DNA of 64,000 bases from Octopus vulgaris (taxonomy: Eukaryota): assembly GCA_951406725.2 (NCBI GenBank), contig OX597824.1, positions 62,062,001 through 62,126,000 of the forward strand. Reading direction: 5' to 3'. The notes beneath the pieces are model-generated. The model ran no database searches. It was not told where the DNA came from and saw only the letters and a list, made by a program, of their open reading frames with translations. Positions 23,701-37,578 of the stretch are shown here, one piece after another. Positions within the stretch are counted from its first letter, which is position 1; each line of letters opens with the position of its first letter. The translations under genes were made by a program, and so were the position numbers.

Positions 23701-26700
23701 TATCCCCGACAGACGAGTCAACTCGTTGCTAAAATGTTGAAAACGGAGTAAAAGGTCAGCATAAAACATTTAACATTTACGTCCATTATATCCACTTGGG
23801 AATGTTTCGATAAATAAGCTACTCATTAGTAAAACATCCTGCAATATTTCAAATTACAAAGTTTACCTCAATTCACTCCCACCTACACTGTTTAAAACTA
23901 TTTATAAATCGATGCATATGTTGCCAAACTGAACCTTGGCCAGTTTTCATTTTTCCGTGTTTGTCTGTTGGCTTCTTGGTTTGCTTAAATATTTTCACTA
24001 TTCAACAAGAAGAATCGGTGTTGTGTCTCAAGGACCGTGCGGTATTTAGCTACAACTCTTTATATTTCAAGTTCTAATTACGCTCAGCTTTGCTTTTGCT
24101 ATCATCTCTCTATGCCATAGCAAAATTTCTAGTCGATTGCTGTAGTCGGTTTACTCGTTTGTATCCCACGTTCAAAGTAGACATATATTTGTGCTAATTT
24201 TGAAATGTGTTATTAAATATGAATGTCTGTGAATTAACGAAGCATTGTACTCAATGTCTTCCTGCCGTCGCAGTTTGTGTTAAAAATATCGCTGCTGTAT
24301 CATTTAACATTCTATAGTTGATAAAATCCAAACTGCTAAAATACTGGTGTCGCATAAATTAACTACAATCAATATACGATGTGTATGTGCTCGTGCCGTT
24401 GTTAGAAGTTAATGGTTGTATGCACAACACGGACGAACAGCGAGTTCTTCAATGCACTTCACGCTTTTAGTTTTGGCGATTGAAGTTTCCTGTTCATATC
24501 ACACGATGAATATTTCAACTTTCTTTCCAATGGCGTCAATACAATAACATGTTTTATCGTTTGCTTGTTTCATTCAATTGACTGTGGCGATGTTGGGTCA
24601 CCACCTGGCAGTCGAAGAAATAGACACCATTTCTTTAGATTTAAGTTTGGTTCTTATTTTATCCGAATCATTTGAGGTACCGCTATGTTATAGGGACGCA
24701 AGTGAGTCCACACAGGTTGCTGTGTGGCGGAGGATATATATATATATATATGGAATGCTCGAAGTAACCCTGCCAACTTCTAATTCCCCAAATCAGACAT
24801 CACGCATTTTCATGGGAATTATTAAATGCTGAAATTATGGAATGATTGGGAGTCGACCGTTGGAATTCATAAGTCATTTAAAATTTAGAGATGGTAAACA
24901 ATTCACTTTTCAGACTACTTAAAATTTTACTTTATGTTTTATTACGCTGCTGTTGGTTATCACAAAATTATGATAGCCGAGGAGTACTTTAGCACTGCAG
25001 ATCAAAGCTTTGAAAATACAACTTCCATGAAGAGAAATAACGTTAAAATTGCTGTTGGAAATTTTACAATAAATATAGCTACGCAGTATTCATATAATAA
25101 AGGTTAGGCATATTTATCTGGAAAAGTAAGGAAATTAAATTTGAATGTCTGGTTATCTGTAACAGCGTTTTTACTAATTACTCGTTTATAGTTATGAGAA
25201 GCACTTATGAAGGCAGCCTCATCTGAAGACTCGGATGCTAAACATTATTTTATCATCTCATAGTATCACTATAACAAGTTACTGCCAATATTCCGATAGT
25301 TATTTATCAAAATAGTGGCAATCAGTGTATTAAATTTTAAGCTTTCGTATTAATACATTAGTGGGACATTAAAAACGCTCACTCGCTTTGATAGAACTCA
25401 ATAGAAGTATCGAAACTCGTGTAGTTTATTGTTCATATGATGTTTCCAATACATATTGTATTAAGTAACAATTTGTATTTACAGAGTGCATTGGCTAAAA
25501 GTCTTTATAGCAATTCTATTCTACATCGTGGTGTAATAAAGAAAATACTATTAACACACCAGTCACTTATTAAGTATTATTTGTGTCAAAAATGGTTTAC
25601 TTTATCTATGATTTATTGTTGTAGTGCTATAGAAGATACTATAGTGACAATGTTCTTGAGTTTTTTCTCTTCACAATGATGCAAATATTCATACGCACAA
25701 TAAACACACACACACACACAAAAAAACGTTGAGTCACATACATACACAAATTTATTTGTTACATAACACAAATAAACAACAGAATTTGTTAAACGTATCC
25801 GAGGACTGTTAGTATGAAAAGAAAACATAGGTATGTGATGTGGCTAATAGCTACAAACGATTATTTTAACAACTGAATTTGTTTTACAATCTTTTGAATA
25901 TTGAAATAGAAAAATAATAAGTTCCTACTCACGCATAACTCTTTTGATATCTGTGACGTGCGTAACTGCTGAGATGGAAACAAATATATTTACTTCAATT
26001 GAGCTTGAAAAGTAATAGTGTTCAAAGTTTTAAATTATAGATTCTAACGATGTTCAATGATTATAGGAATGCTAGTGTTCTGTGTAGACCTTTGTAACTG
26101 TTATTTGCTCAAAAAAACCTTTTTACAGAGGAGTGTGTTATAACGTTATTTTCAAAGTAAATCATGTTGAGAATGCTAGGAATACAAGGGAAATTACGAC
26201 ACTCCCTGCAACAATAGAATATCAAAAATTCGATTTTACAATCTCTCTTCCTCTCTAAATCCCTCCCTCCCCTCTCTCCCTATCCTTTTTTTTTCGGTAA
26301 CTTTCCGACTACCTCTTTTAGCTATAATATTTCCAACCCGTTCTTTTTATTGAATTTCATCTCTTAGACACACATTCCACATAGACATTTTTGTTTTGTT
26401 TTTATTACTTCAAAATTTGAAAGAAGTTGGGGAACTGACATAATAATTACAGCGTTGAACAAATGACCTTGCCGTATTTATACTACCCGGATCTTCATGT
26501 GCGGTGTTCAATTGCTGCCGAGATCATTCTTACAGAGTATAAAATACAGTACGAAATCGAGTAGGTGTGGAATACACCTTGTGTAGGTCTAGAAAATATA
26601 TTTTGTTTATGTATAAATAAAAATGACGTTAGGAAAAAAGCTTAATGGTATGAATTTCAAGAAAAATACAAATAATGGTATATTTAATAACGTACATAAT

Positions 26701-27840
26701 AAATTCTTCAGTTATAAAAATCATCTCTGCTCTCAGGTAATGGAGAAAAACCTACGCCAAATCTAAAGAATTAAAAAAAAAATTCGAAATTCATAAACCA
26801 TTAAAGAAAAGTAAGTCCGACTGTCTGATCAGAGAACATCTCTGGGAACGTATTTCGGCTTCAATTTGCGGCTTCAGAATGGTATTTGTTCCATCTTATC
26901 AGATGTGGCACAGTACGTGCTTATGTTTACGATAGGGACGTTGGTCTTTAAGAACAATGCTAATAAATGGAGATAAAATGTACGTGTATGAAAGTTGTTG
27001 TACATGTGCAAATATACGAAATATAGACACGTTGAACTTGCTTCCTTTATTTAAAGAAATGAAATATTGACATATTAAAATATTTTCAGTTGTGAGGAAT
27101 GAATTTTAATCTAGCTGTCACTGACGATTTCCCATGGATTATGAATGTTTGAATTTCTGATTTTGTATATTATATAAGTAAGAGAGGAAGGCTTAAAGGC
27201 GCGTGGTATAGTTGCTTGGGAATTGGGCTCAGATTCACATCAGTCTGTGTTTTCGATTCTGAGACTGGTAAGTGCTCTTGTCCTTGAACAAAGCAGCTTT
27301 GTTTATGATGCTGCAGTCCAGCCAGTTGACGATGAGTACCAGCGATAGCAGTATGGAATGAGGGAAACACTGTGAAGGACAACTCTCGTGCTCCCATTTG
27401 TATAACCGCCTCGGAAATTGCGATAAGCTCCAGCCCAATAGGCTAAACTACAAGATATAGGAATAAACTCTAAATTTTGCCTGAGGGAGAAGTTAGAAAA
27501 TTGTACGAGATAAAACTTGTTTCTCACTCAAATGAATCATAGTCGTAACTGTAGTCTCTGAACCTTAAAATAGTATCAGCTTTCAGAGAAATCTCACCCC
27601 AGTTGAGCATAGAACATAATGCCAATTACACGAGTGGCCACCCTGCTCAAAAATATACATCCTGCTGCAATTAACATCACCAACGCCTTCAAATCATGAC
27701 CTTACCTCACAAATATGGATGAAATATAGATGGGATAATCAGGGATACACGTTTTCCCGGAAATGCCCAGATTAGCTAGGCTTAATGACTATCATCATCA
27801 TAGTAGTAGTCGTCGTCGTCATCATCATCATAATTGCCAT

Positions 27841-28395
27841 GCCCTGATGCAGTACCGGGCATTGGCCCTCATGGCTTCTGATCTTAACTGATTGGAAGTG
27901 TTATCATGTACATTGTTTTGTCTTGGTATAAAAGATGGGCTACAGCAAATATTCTGCTGAATACTACAGTTTTGCTTGTCAGTTGTTTGACCTTAACCAG
28001 TTGAGCATGTTCATTAGTAGCTGACGATATGTGCATCTCTGATCATGAGCAGAAGTAGTGGGGGAGCATCATAGCCGTGTATTGAAAGGAATTCTTACAG
28101 GTTTGGATAATACACCTTTAGAACATGTGTGGTTCGTTCAACACGCTTAAGAAATCCATATTCAGGGACCTTTTTAGCGGAATGATTTACTCGACCAAAA
28201 GAAAATTCTAACTCGGCCCCACCTGCATGGTCATGTGCTGTTTAACTTCTTATGGGATCAGCATGTCTCGCACATATGATTGTGATGCATGTGCCTAGTA
28301 TACTCTTATCAGACGGGTAGTCATGATGTGTATGCTGGGCTTCATATATTTTATCCTAGTGTCACTTTGATGGCATGCACTGTTCTCTCTCACTC
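27841..28395 (+). mobile_element. ~555-bp non-coding interspersed retroelement with (AAT)n tail (putative Dong-mobilised SINE-like element)
   Basis: A second, shorter copy lies at 32757-33200. Both end in ...GCACTG(T/C)TCTCTCACT followed by (AAT)n. Strand is inferred from the tail and the truncation. Confidence 0.65.
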
Positions 28396-28522
<127 letters not shown>

Positions 28523-28718
28523 ATATTGTTAGGTGGTATGATTTCTTGTTTGTATTTGCCAAATTCCTTAAATAGTGAGAACAATTTTTTAAAATTTTAA
28601 TCGTGTTTTGCCGCTATTTGTATCAGTCTTCCTTGCTTCTGAAGTAGGTATTTTTGCAGTTCTATGGTGGTTATATTATAATAGTTTTCCAGCTTTATAA
28701 GGCATCTACTACCTTCTA
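28523..28718 (-). pseudogene. Internal fragment of the Dong-type LINE
   Basis: Diverged copy of 30528-30718 (LFS.FKE..KYKQEIIPPN). Confidence 0.8.
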
Positions 28719-28727
28719 TTATTATTG

Positions 28728-29527
<800 letters not shown>

Positions 29528-29557
29528 TTGATGATTATTATTATTATTATTATTATT

Positions 29558-32017
29558 CAGTAGTTTTATTTTTATTTTTATAGCGTGCTTTCACTTCACT
29601 ACCGAGCGCAGCTCTGTGTGCCTTGGGTATGTGCTGTGATTTGTTGTGATGCTGTGATGGTTATTGTATGGAAAGTGTTCTGCGTAGGATGTGGGCAGTG
29701 CCTAGTAGTGCAATTTTCTGTATGTTATATGTGTTTGTAAGTCCTGGTGTTTTTGTTATGTATTTGTCTGAATATTTTTTTATCATGCCTAATGCACCTA
29801 CTATGATAGGAATTGTTTCTGTTTTCAGATTCCACATTCTAGTTACCTCTATTTCCAAGTCTTTGTATTTTGAGAGTTTCTCCATTTCTTTTAGAGACAC
29901 GTTGTCATCTGCCGGTATTGATACATCAATTAAAAAGCATTTTTTTCTTCATGATCTCTGACAACTATATCTGGTCTGTTGGCCTTAATTTCTCTATCTG
30001 TGTGTATCGGCATATCCCAGAGTATGGTTGCTTTCTCGTTTTCTGTGACCTTTTCTGGTGTGTGCCTATACCATCTTTTTTCTGTTGTTATTCCATAATG
30101 TTGGCATAGCTTCCAATGTATGTAGGTTCCAACTCTGTCATGTCTGTGAATATATTCCTTCTTAGCCAGGACTGGGCAGCTAGAGATAATATGATTTATT
30201 GTTTCTTGTCCATCTCCACATATTCTGCAGTTACTTGTAATATTTCTTTTCATTACATGTTTTTGGTAATTTCTGGTGGGGAAGCTTTGGTCTTGTGCTG
30301 CAATTAAAAATCCCTCTGTTTCTGCTTTGAGTCCTGAGCTTCTCAACCATTGCTGGGATTTTTCTTTGTCTATTTCTTTTGCGTTTAGTTTAGTGCAGTA
30401 TTTACCATGAAGGGGCTTTTCTTGCCATCGTTTTATCATGGTTCGTTGCTGTTCTGTTTTTAGTTTGGATTTCATTTGTTTTATAGCTTTAGTTGTTTCT
30501 TCATCTTCTTCTTCTTCTTCTTCATGTTTATTAGGTGGTATGATTTCTTGTTTGTATTTGTCAGCTTCCTTAAATACTGAGAACAGTTTTTTGTTTTGCT
30601 CGTGTTTTGCCGCTATCTGGATCAGTTTTCCTTCCTTCTGAAGTAGATATTTTTGCAGTCCTATGGTGGTTATTTTATAGTAGTTTTCCAGCTGTATAAG
30701 GCCTCTACCACCTTCTATACGTTGTATATATAGTCTTTCTATGTCAGATTTTGGGTGATGCATCCTAGATCCTGTCATTATTTTTCTTGTTTTCCTATCT
30801 ATTTTGGTCAGTTCATTTCGTGTCCAGTTAAGAATATTGTAGCTGTAACTTATAACTGGGACAGCTAAAGTGTTGATACCTATTATCTTGTTTTTAGCAT
30901 TGAGCTCTGTGTTTAGTATTGATCTAACTCGTCTATAATATTCTTTTTTTATTTTCTCTTTCATTTGTGTGTGTTGTGTCTTATCTAGTTCATGGATTCC
31001 TAAGTATTTGTAAGTTTGGCTTTGGTCTAATTCTTTTTTTTCATTGGTTTTATCTAGTGTGATGTTGTTACTCTTAACTAGTTTTCCTCTTTTCATGGTT
31101 ACTTTGGCGCATTTTTCTAATCCAAATTTCATATCTATTTCTTTGGTAAATCCATGAACTGTCTTTAATAGTGTTTCCAGCTGTTTGTCATTTGCAGCGT
31201 ATAGTTTTAGGTCATCCATATATAAAAGGTGGCTGATCTTTTTGCCGTAACATTTATATCCGCATCCAGTTCTATTTAGCATATCAGATAGAGGTGACAG
31301 TGCCAAGCAGAAAAGGAGTGGAGAGAGCGTGTCTCCCTGGAATATTCCTCTTCTAATGGGGATGTCTTTGGTTTTCATGAGTCCCTCTTTTGTTTGGAGG
31401 TGTAGGACTGTTTGCCATTTATTCATAGAGTGCTCTATGAATTTTATGATTGTTGGTGCTACTTTGTTAATGGCTAGTGTTTCGAGGATCCATGTGTGGG
31501 GGATGCTATCAAACGCCTTTTTGTAGTCAATCCAGGCCATACTGAGGCCTTTCTTCTTTCTGTGGCTGTCTTCAGTTATGGCTTTATTAATCATTAGTTG
31601 ATCTTTACAGCCATATGAGCCTTTACGGCATCCTTTCTGTTCTTCTGGGAACAGTTTGTTTTCGTCCAGGTGCTTGTTCAGCCTTTGTGATATCACTGCA
31701 GTAAATGCCTTGAACATAGTAGGGAGGCAGGTTATTGGTCTGCAGTTTTCTGTTTTTTCTGTTTCATTTGATTTGGGAATTAAGATGGTTTTCCCCTTCG
31801 TGAGCCATTCAGGCATTGTCTCTGGCTCTGCTAGTACGTTGTTAAAGTTTTCAGCCAGCTTTTTGTGCATTCCTGTTAGATATTTCAACCAGAAGTTGGT
31901 GATCTTGTCATGCCCAGGTGCCTTCCAGTTGCTTAGTCTTTGCAGTGCCTGGGTGACCTCTTCAGTTGTTATGGGGGTCCAAAGTTGTTCAGATGCCGAG
32001 TTTGTAATTTTGATACT
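29558..32017 (-). mobile_element. R4/Dong-clade non-LTR retrotransposon, 5'-truncated or interrupted, in (TAA)n
   Basis: RT, CCHC knuckle and REL nuclease, a ~100-bp 3' UTR and a (TAA)n tail on the sense strand. Confidence 0.92.
29661..31975 (-). CDS. R4/Dong RT plus restriction-like endonuclease; one frameshift at about 29940
   Basis: The open frame extends upstream of 31888 (TTEEVTQALQRLSNWKAPGHDKI). Motifs RPITCL, WIDYKKAFDS, GIFQGDTLSPLLF, YMDD, YKYLG, CRICGDGQETINHIISSC, RHD and RPDIV. The C-terminus continues in ORF 29661-29900. Confidence 0.9.
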
Positions 32018-32034
32018 AATAATAATAATAATAA

Positions 32035-32106
<72 letters not shown>

Positions 32107-32107
32107 G

Positions 32108-32185
<78 letters not shown>

Positions 32186-32191
32186 TTGATG

Positions 32192-32233
<42 letters not shown>

Positions 32234-32236
32234 TTG

Positions 32237-32317
<81 letters not shown>

Positions 32318-32338
32318 TTGATTATTATTATTATTATA
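32018..32338. repeat. (ATT)n microsatellite, ~320 bp
   Basis: Read directly from the sequence. Confidence 0.95.
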
Positions 32339-32756
32339 GGCAATTATTCTTTGGTATTTTCATGCGTGTATCTACCACGTTACCCGTTTCCTCCCCATGA
32401 TCCTGAAGTATGTGCAGCATTGTGTCATAATTTTTGCGGTGTTTGTTGGACAGTAGATTCATTCTCTGGCTGTACTTATCCAATTTCTTTTGTTATAGTG
32501 TTTAGTTACATTCTTCTTTTCATATTACTCTGCACTCTGCTCTGTGTGGTGTGTAGAACGCGCCTTGTACTATATTATTGGGTCATCAGCTCGTATAGTA
32601 TATGTTGCACGAGTCGTCTTATTTCAGATTATTAGGTGCTTGTTGTATAAAGTTTGTGTTGGATGCTTTATGAGTTTCATGGGTATCTGAGTGGTCATGT
32701 TAAAATATCTTATTCTTTTATTATTTTTTTCCAATCAAAAATACAATATACAAAGC

Positions 32757-33200
32757 TATTCTGCTCAATACCACAGAGTTGCTTGTCAGTTGTTTGACCT
32801 TAACCAGTTGAGCATGTCCCTTAGTGGCTGACGATATGTGCATCTCTGATCACGAGCAGAAGTAGTGGGGGAGCATCATAGCCATGTGTTGAGAGGGATT
32901 ATTTGGGGTTTGAATAATTCACCTCTGGAAACATGGGTGGTTCTTTCAACATCATTAAACAACCCTTATTCAGGGACCGTTTGAGCGGGATGGGCTACTC
33001 AACCTGAAGAAAATTCTAACTGGGCCCCACCTGCAAGGTCATGTGCTGTTTATCTTGATATGAGATCACCATGTCGCGCACATATGGTTGTGATGCATGT
33101 GCCTGGTGTACCTTTATCAGACGGGTAGTCATGATGGGTATATTGGGCTTCGTATATTTTACCCCAGTGTCACTTTGATGGCATGCACTGCTCTCTCACT
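32757..33200 (+). mobile_element. Truncated copy of the 27841-28395 element
   Basis: Aligns to about 27950-28395 with scattered substitutions; followed by (AAT)n. Confidence 0.8.
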
Positions 33201-33219
33201 AAATAATAATAATAATAAT

Positions 33220-33281
<62 letters not shown>

Positions 33282-33780
33282 TAATAATGATAATAATAAT
33301 AATAATAATAACAACAACAACAACAACAACAACAAAAACCATTCAGATTCGTACAGTGAAATTGCCTGTCCATCACTACTAGGTCTGTATATTGTATATT
33401 TCTGATATTCTAGTTTATCTTCAAATTCGACCATAGTAATTGAAATGAATATCCGACACTTTTATTACAATCTATATCCTTTCTCTTCCTTTCATTGGTG
33501 GCTCTCAAAATAATACTTTTCGAATCGGGTAAGATAAAGATTATTGTGCTGCACATTCATTCAAACGAGCATACAAACACATATGTATATGTGTTTGTGC
33601 GTGTGTGCGTATGCGAGTGTAATATATATATGTGCGTGTGTTCATAATATATATATGCATGCATGTATGTATATATGTATATATCTATATCTGTATATAT
33701 ATAAATATACATATCTCTATATATATATATATATATATACATACATATGTTCATATATACACATACCATACGTACATATA

Positions 33781-33837
<57 letters not shown>

Positions 33838-34564
33838 ACACACAAACACAAACACACAGATATAAAACCGTAGTCGATGTGTATAGATGACGAATGAATA
33901 AAAAAGATATCCGTTCGTCAAGTTGCTGCTTCCTCTGTATTGAGGCACATACCATTGATACATAAAGCATTTCCCACCATGGAGCCAAGACTTCTGTCTC
34001 TGCCGTGTTTGATTGCACTTTTATTCTTTTAATTCTTTTCTTTTAAGTTGTGTCCCATTCTATGTTGCTATTGAATATTACAAAAATATTTCTATAGCAA
34101 TTTCCGTCCTTAGTGAAATGTTATTCTCATGGCCGTGTGTTGATATCGATAATATATTTATTTATATTTTATGTTAAATGGAGCTTCTTCCCTGTGTGTT
34201 CTGCTTTTTCATTTAGATCAAGATGAGAATTGTAATAGCATCTACATTTATGTAAATCTCTTATCCAAAATGTAATTTTCTCAATTATATTTCAAGTCTT
34301 TTCATAGGTGTCTCTATATTTTATGTCTGACACCATTTAATATTGTACGAAATAATCTATATACGTTATAGCATCCAGGATAGTTATGACAATTATTACT
34401 AAAAACTCTACTTACAACTACTAAAATTTACATTACTGTCGCGTGTGCAATGGCAAAATACAACACTGAAAAAGAGATGTGAAAACGAAATGAAAACTGG
34501 GAAAAAGGCAACATATAGCTATTGTTTCCCTTCAGAAATGAATACATAATAATGCATATATATA

Positions 34565-34939
34565 TATAACGGAGGATGTGTATCTGTCTGTCTATATGTC
34601 TGTGTGTGTGCTTCATTAAAACTCGAGAACTACCCTAATGATTTCATTCAAATTTTACACATGCATTACTTAGGGTCCATGAAGTGTCATGAGGTAACAA
34701 AATTCGACTCCTTCCATAATGCGAGGCTGGAGCCATCTCTTATACAGTTTCGGCATTACGTGTGAAAAGTCAAGCAATAACATCTCTATTATAATGTGAT
34801 ATAATAATTTTCACTTTTACACGGTTTTACATTAAATAGTTTCACTTTTTAATAGCTTTATTTACATTAGTTTCACTATGTGTATATATACATGTTTGCA
34901 CGTATGTTAATAGTTTCACTTTTAATACTTTCATTTCTA

Positions 34940-34940
<1 letters not shown>
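34565..34940 (+). mobile_element. Possible Helitron/Helentron (DINE-like) non-autonomous fragment
   Basis: (TCTG)/(TG) microsatellite followed by AAAACTCGAGAACTAC...TTCATTCAAATTTTACAC, a layout typical of DINE/HINE 5' regions. Recognised from memory only. Confidence 0.35.
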
Positions 34941-35009
<69 letters not shown>

Positions 35010-35109
35010 AAAACGGTAAGATAACAAAAGAAAGAAAGAGACCTCAATATTATGTAAATAGAGGAAATTTATCTATAAAATAATATGCTACAATTACGCA
35101 ATAGTCAAG

Positions 35110-35165
35110 ATAAAACTCTGAGTTTCAGATGCCGCAGTGGAAATCCACAATATCTCTTCGGTTAT
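35110..35165 (-). ncRNA. Hammerhead ribozyme-like motif in the PLE pLTR
   Basis: Minus strand: ATAA-CCGAAGA-GAT...ATCT-GAAA-CTCAGAG-TT-TTAT. Stem I is ATAA/TTAT and stem III is CTC/GAG. The core has U4 changed to C, so it is probably inactive. Confidence 0.55.
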
Positions 35166-36031
35166 CTGGCCATCTGAAAAATACCGTTATATAAAGGGAA
35201 ATTACTGTGTTATAATTCTGCTAATTATATACATTAAGATTAAAAGTTCATAGTAAACACGTAAACATGGCTAGTCATACGCTCAAATGTGCGCTCGCGG
35301 ACCCACGTGCGTACTTATACGTTACTATGAAAGCGTACACATCTTCACTCGCATTTTTCGCCAAATATATACGCATATATATACAAACTCATACACACAC
35401 ACACGCGCGTACCGTAAAAGTTCATACATACGTCTATATACGCACAAGCGCAAGAAAAACCATGGTTAAAGGTAACAGAAAAAAACATAAGGAAGTATAC
35501 AAAGCATAAAAACCACGTTCATATACAGACATGCCCTTATGCACTCTTACATACACACGCCCGTATATGTACATACCCGCACATGTTTATATACGCATAC
35601 ACACACACGCATATACAAGAAATGAATATATATATGCCCCCCCCCCCAAAAAAAAACCCTAAAAAAACCCTTAAAAATACTAAGTAAAAACGTCTATATA
35701 TATATGCATTCTTATGCCCGCACACACGCACACATCTAAAACTATCCACTCATACATATTCACACACGTGTACAAATGAATCTATATACACGTCTATATA
35801 GACACAGGTAAAAATGCAGGATGGAAGAGTACAGAAAAATTTATTATGTGTGAAAATATAAAAATATATGAAATAATAAAAAGTATAATGAGATAAAAAA
35901 CTTTTTGGGACATAATATAGAAAGCAAGTTCTATCTGTTTTCTTAAGGGGACCAAAAACGTAACCAAAAATTTGTCACATGTGGGCATGATCCGACAAGT
36001 TCTGTCCTTGAGTTTAGACATGTAGTAGGGT

Positions 36032-36400
36032 CTAAGCTGCTTTTCCAGATAGCCATCTCTCCATGCTGCATAGACCGCACTTTCTGCTGCCGTTGGTGTA
36101 GGGCTTACATTTGGCCAAAATCTTCCAATGGATGTTATAATCGATACCTTTATCTTTTAAAGACCAAATATGATTAGAAAATTGTGTCGCTTTTCTTTTG
36201 TTCCAGTGCCTAAAACTCAAGGTGTGGTTATTGAACCTGTCCTTGAAATTACCCTCTGTAAGTCCTACGTATTTCTTCGTCGAAATGGTGTCTTTAGTGG
36301 TTATAGAATCCACGGTAGCTTCATAGATGATGATCTCGGACATGCAAGCTCCATTTAGGGGACACAATTTTTTATTCCTGCATGAACACCTGTTTTCTTG
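36032..36400 (-). pseudogene. PLE GIY-YIG endonuclease with upstream CSCR..LCPLNGAC linker
   Basis: IIYEA...YVGLTEGNFKDRFNNH..SF...IW.LKD...WKIL...C.LC..E. Confidence 0.9.
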
Positions 36401-36539
36401 TTGTGGTTTTTGTGTGTTTTGTGTGATTATATTTTTAAAATTGGTAGTTGAACTAAAACTAATTTTTAAATTGTTTATTGAAGAGTTTCCTATAGGTATG
36501 GTTAACTGGAAAATGTCTATCTATCAGTGTTAAGAAATA

Positions 36540-37510
36540 TTTACTTATATTGAAGGTCACCTCGGTTGAGTAATGGGGTGTAAACCAGATGATCTTTCTA
36601 TTTCTATTTTTCCTCTTCTTTACTGTTGGGCTAGTAACATGTGTATATTTTATTTTTTCGCTAAAACCATTATCTTTTAAAGCCTTATTATAAACTGGGG
36701 CAACGCTATTAAAATGTCCTTATCAGAGGAGAGGCTAGAAATTCTCTTACTAAAATTTTAAACTAAATTTTTGAATACTATAGGGGAATGGCATGAACCT
36801 ACATTAATACAGGGTGTCCCAAAAAAATGTATACACATAGTGGTTCGGCAAAAGAGAACGATAGAATAAGAACTAGGCTTACAAAGAATAACAAATTTAC
36901 AATTATTTAATGTGTGTATACATTTTTTGGGACACCCTGTATAACTGAGCCTATCATTGGGCTTCCTATAAGGCTTATACATATTCTTATTTAGATCTAA
37001 GGAAACGTCTAAGAAATTGACAACAGTCAGGTTAGTATCTATAGTTATACTAAGTCCGAAGTATTTCATTAATTGGATAATATCCTTCCTAAAACGATCC
37101 TGTGCTGGTCCATTTGTATTAGCGGTTAAAGCGAGGGCATCATCTTTGTAGATAGCGAAATATACGTCAGGAAATGTGTTACCTAAAGTATCTAGTAGAA
37201 AAAATCCAATAAGATCGCAAATGCCTGCTCCATCATATGACCCCATGCTCACATCGAAAGCACCCTCTGTGTCGGTATTTTTGACCCACTTTGCGTTCTC
37301 ACTGAAAAGTAAGGTCTTTCTAGCATGGAAGATTATGTCCTTATCATGTGTACTGATTTCTATGAAATCGCTAGCGAAGACGAGGGCTTTATCTAGCAGT
37401 TCTTTAGAGATAGAGGCATAAAAATCAACAATATCGAATTGTGTAAACCTCGCTTTTTTTCTTATTCTTAATGGCTTTAAACCAGTCTACGACTTCTATA
37501 CTATTGGACC
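36540..37510 (-). pseudogene. PLE reverse transcriptase (frameshifted, with MITE insertion)
   Basis: QFDIVDFYASI, MGSYDGAGICDLIG, YKDD, VNFLDVSLDL, YKPYRKPND, YINVGSCH and IWFTP motifs. Confidence 0.9.
36810..36939. mobile_element. 130-bp Tc1/mariner-type MITE with TA target duplication
   Basis: TA|CAGGGTGTCCCAAAAAAATGTATACACA...TGTGTATACATTTTTTGGGACACCCTG|TA. Removing it restores RT codons L-S-Y-I-N-V. Confidence 0.92.
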
Positions 37511-37545
37511 ATTGTATTAGCCTAGTAGCGGTCTTAATTAAAACA

Positions 37546-37578
<33 letters not shown>

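Larger units (their letters stand above)
35007..37525 (-). mobile_element. Penelope-like element (RT plus C-terminal GIY-YIG, Nematis-like), 5'-truncated, in (TA)n
   Basis: RT and EN remnants, a long 3' region with a hammerhead-like motif about 100 nt from the (TA)n junction, and microsatellite flanks. Confidence 0.88.

Noticed and set aside
32340-32756. Possible N-terminal part of the Dong ORF, with 32757-33200 as its 5' UTR
   Set aside because: The minus strand is A-rich but full of stops, with no recognisable motif. The (AAT)n polarity suggests 32757-33200 is a separate, oppositely oriented element. Left unassigned.
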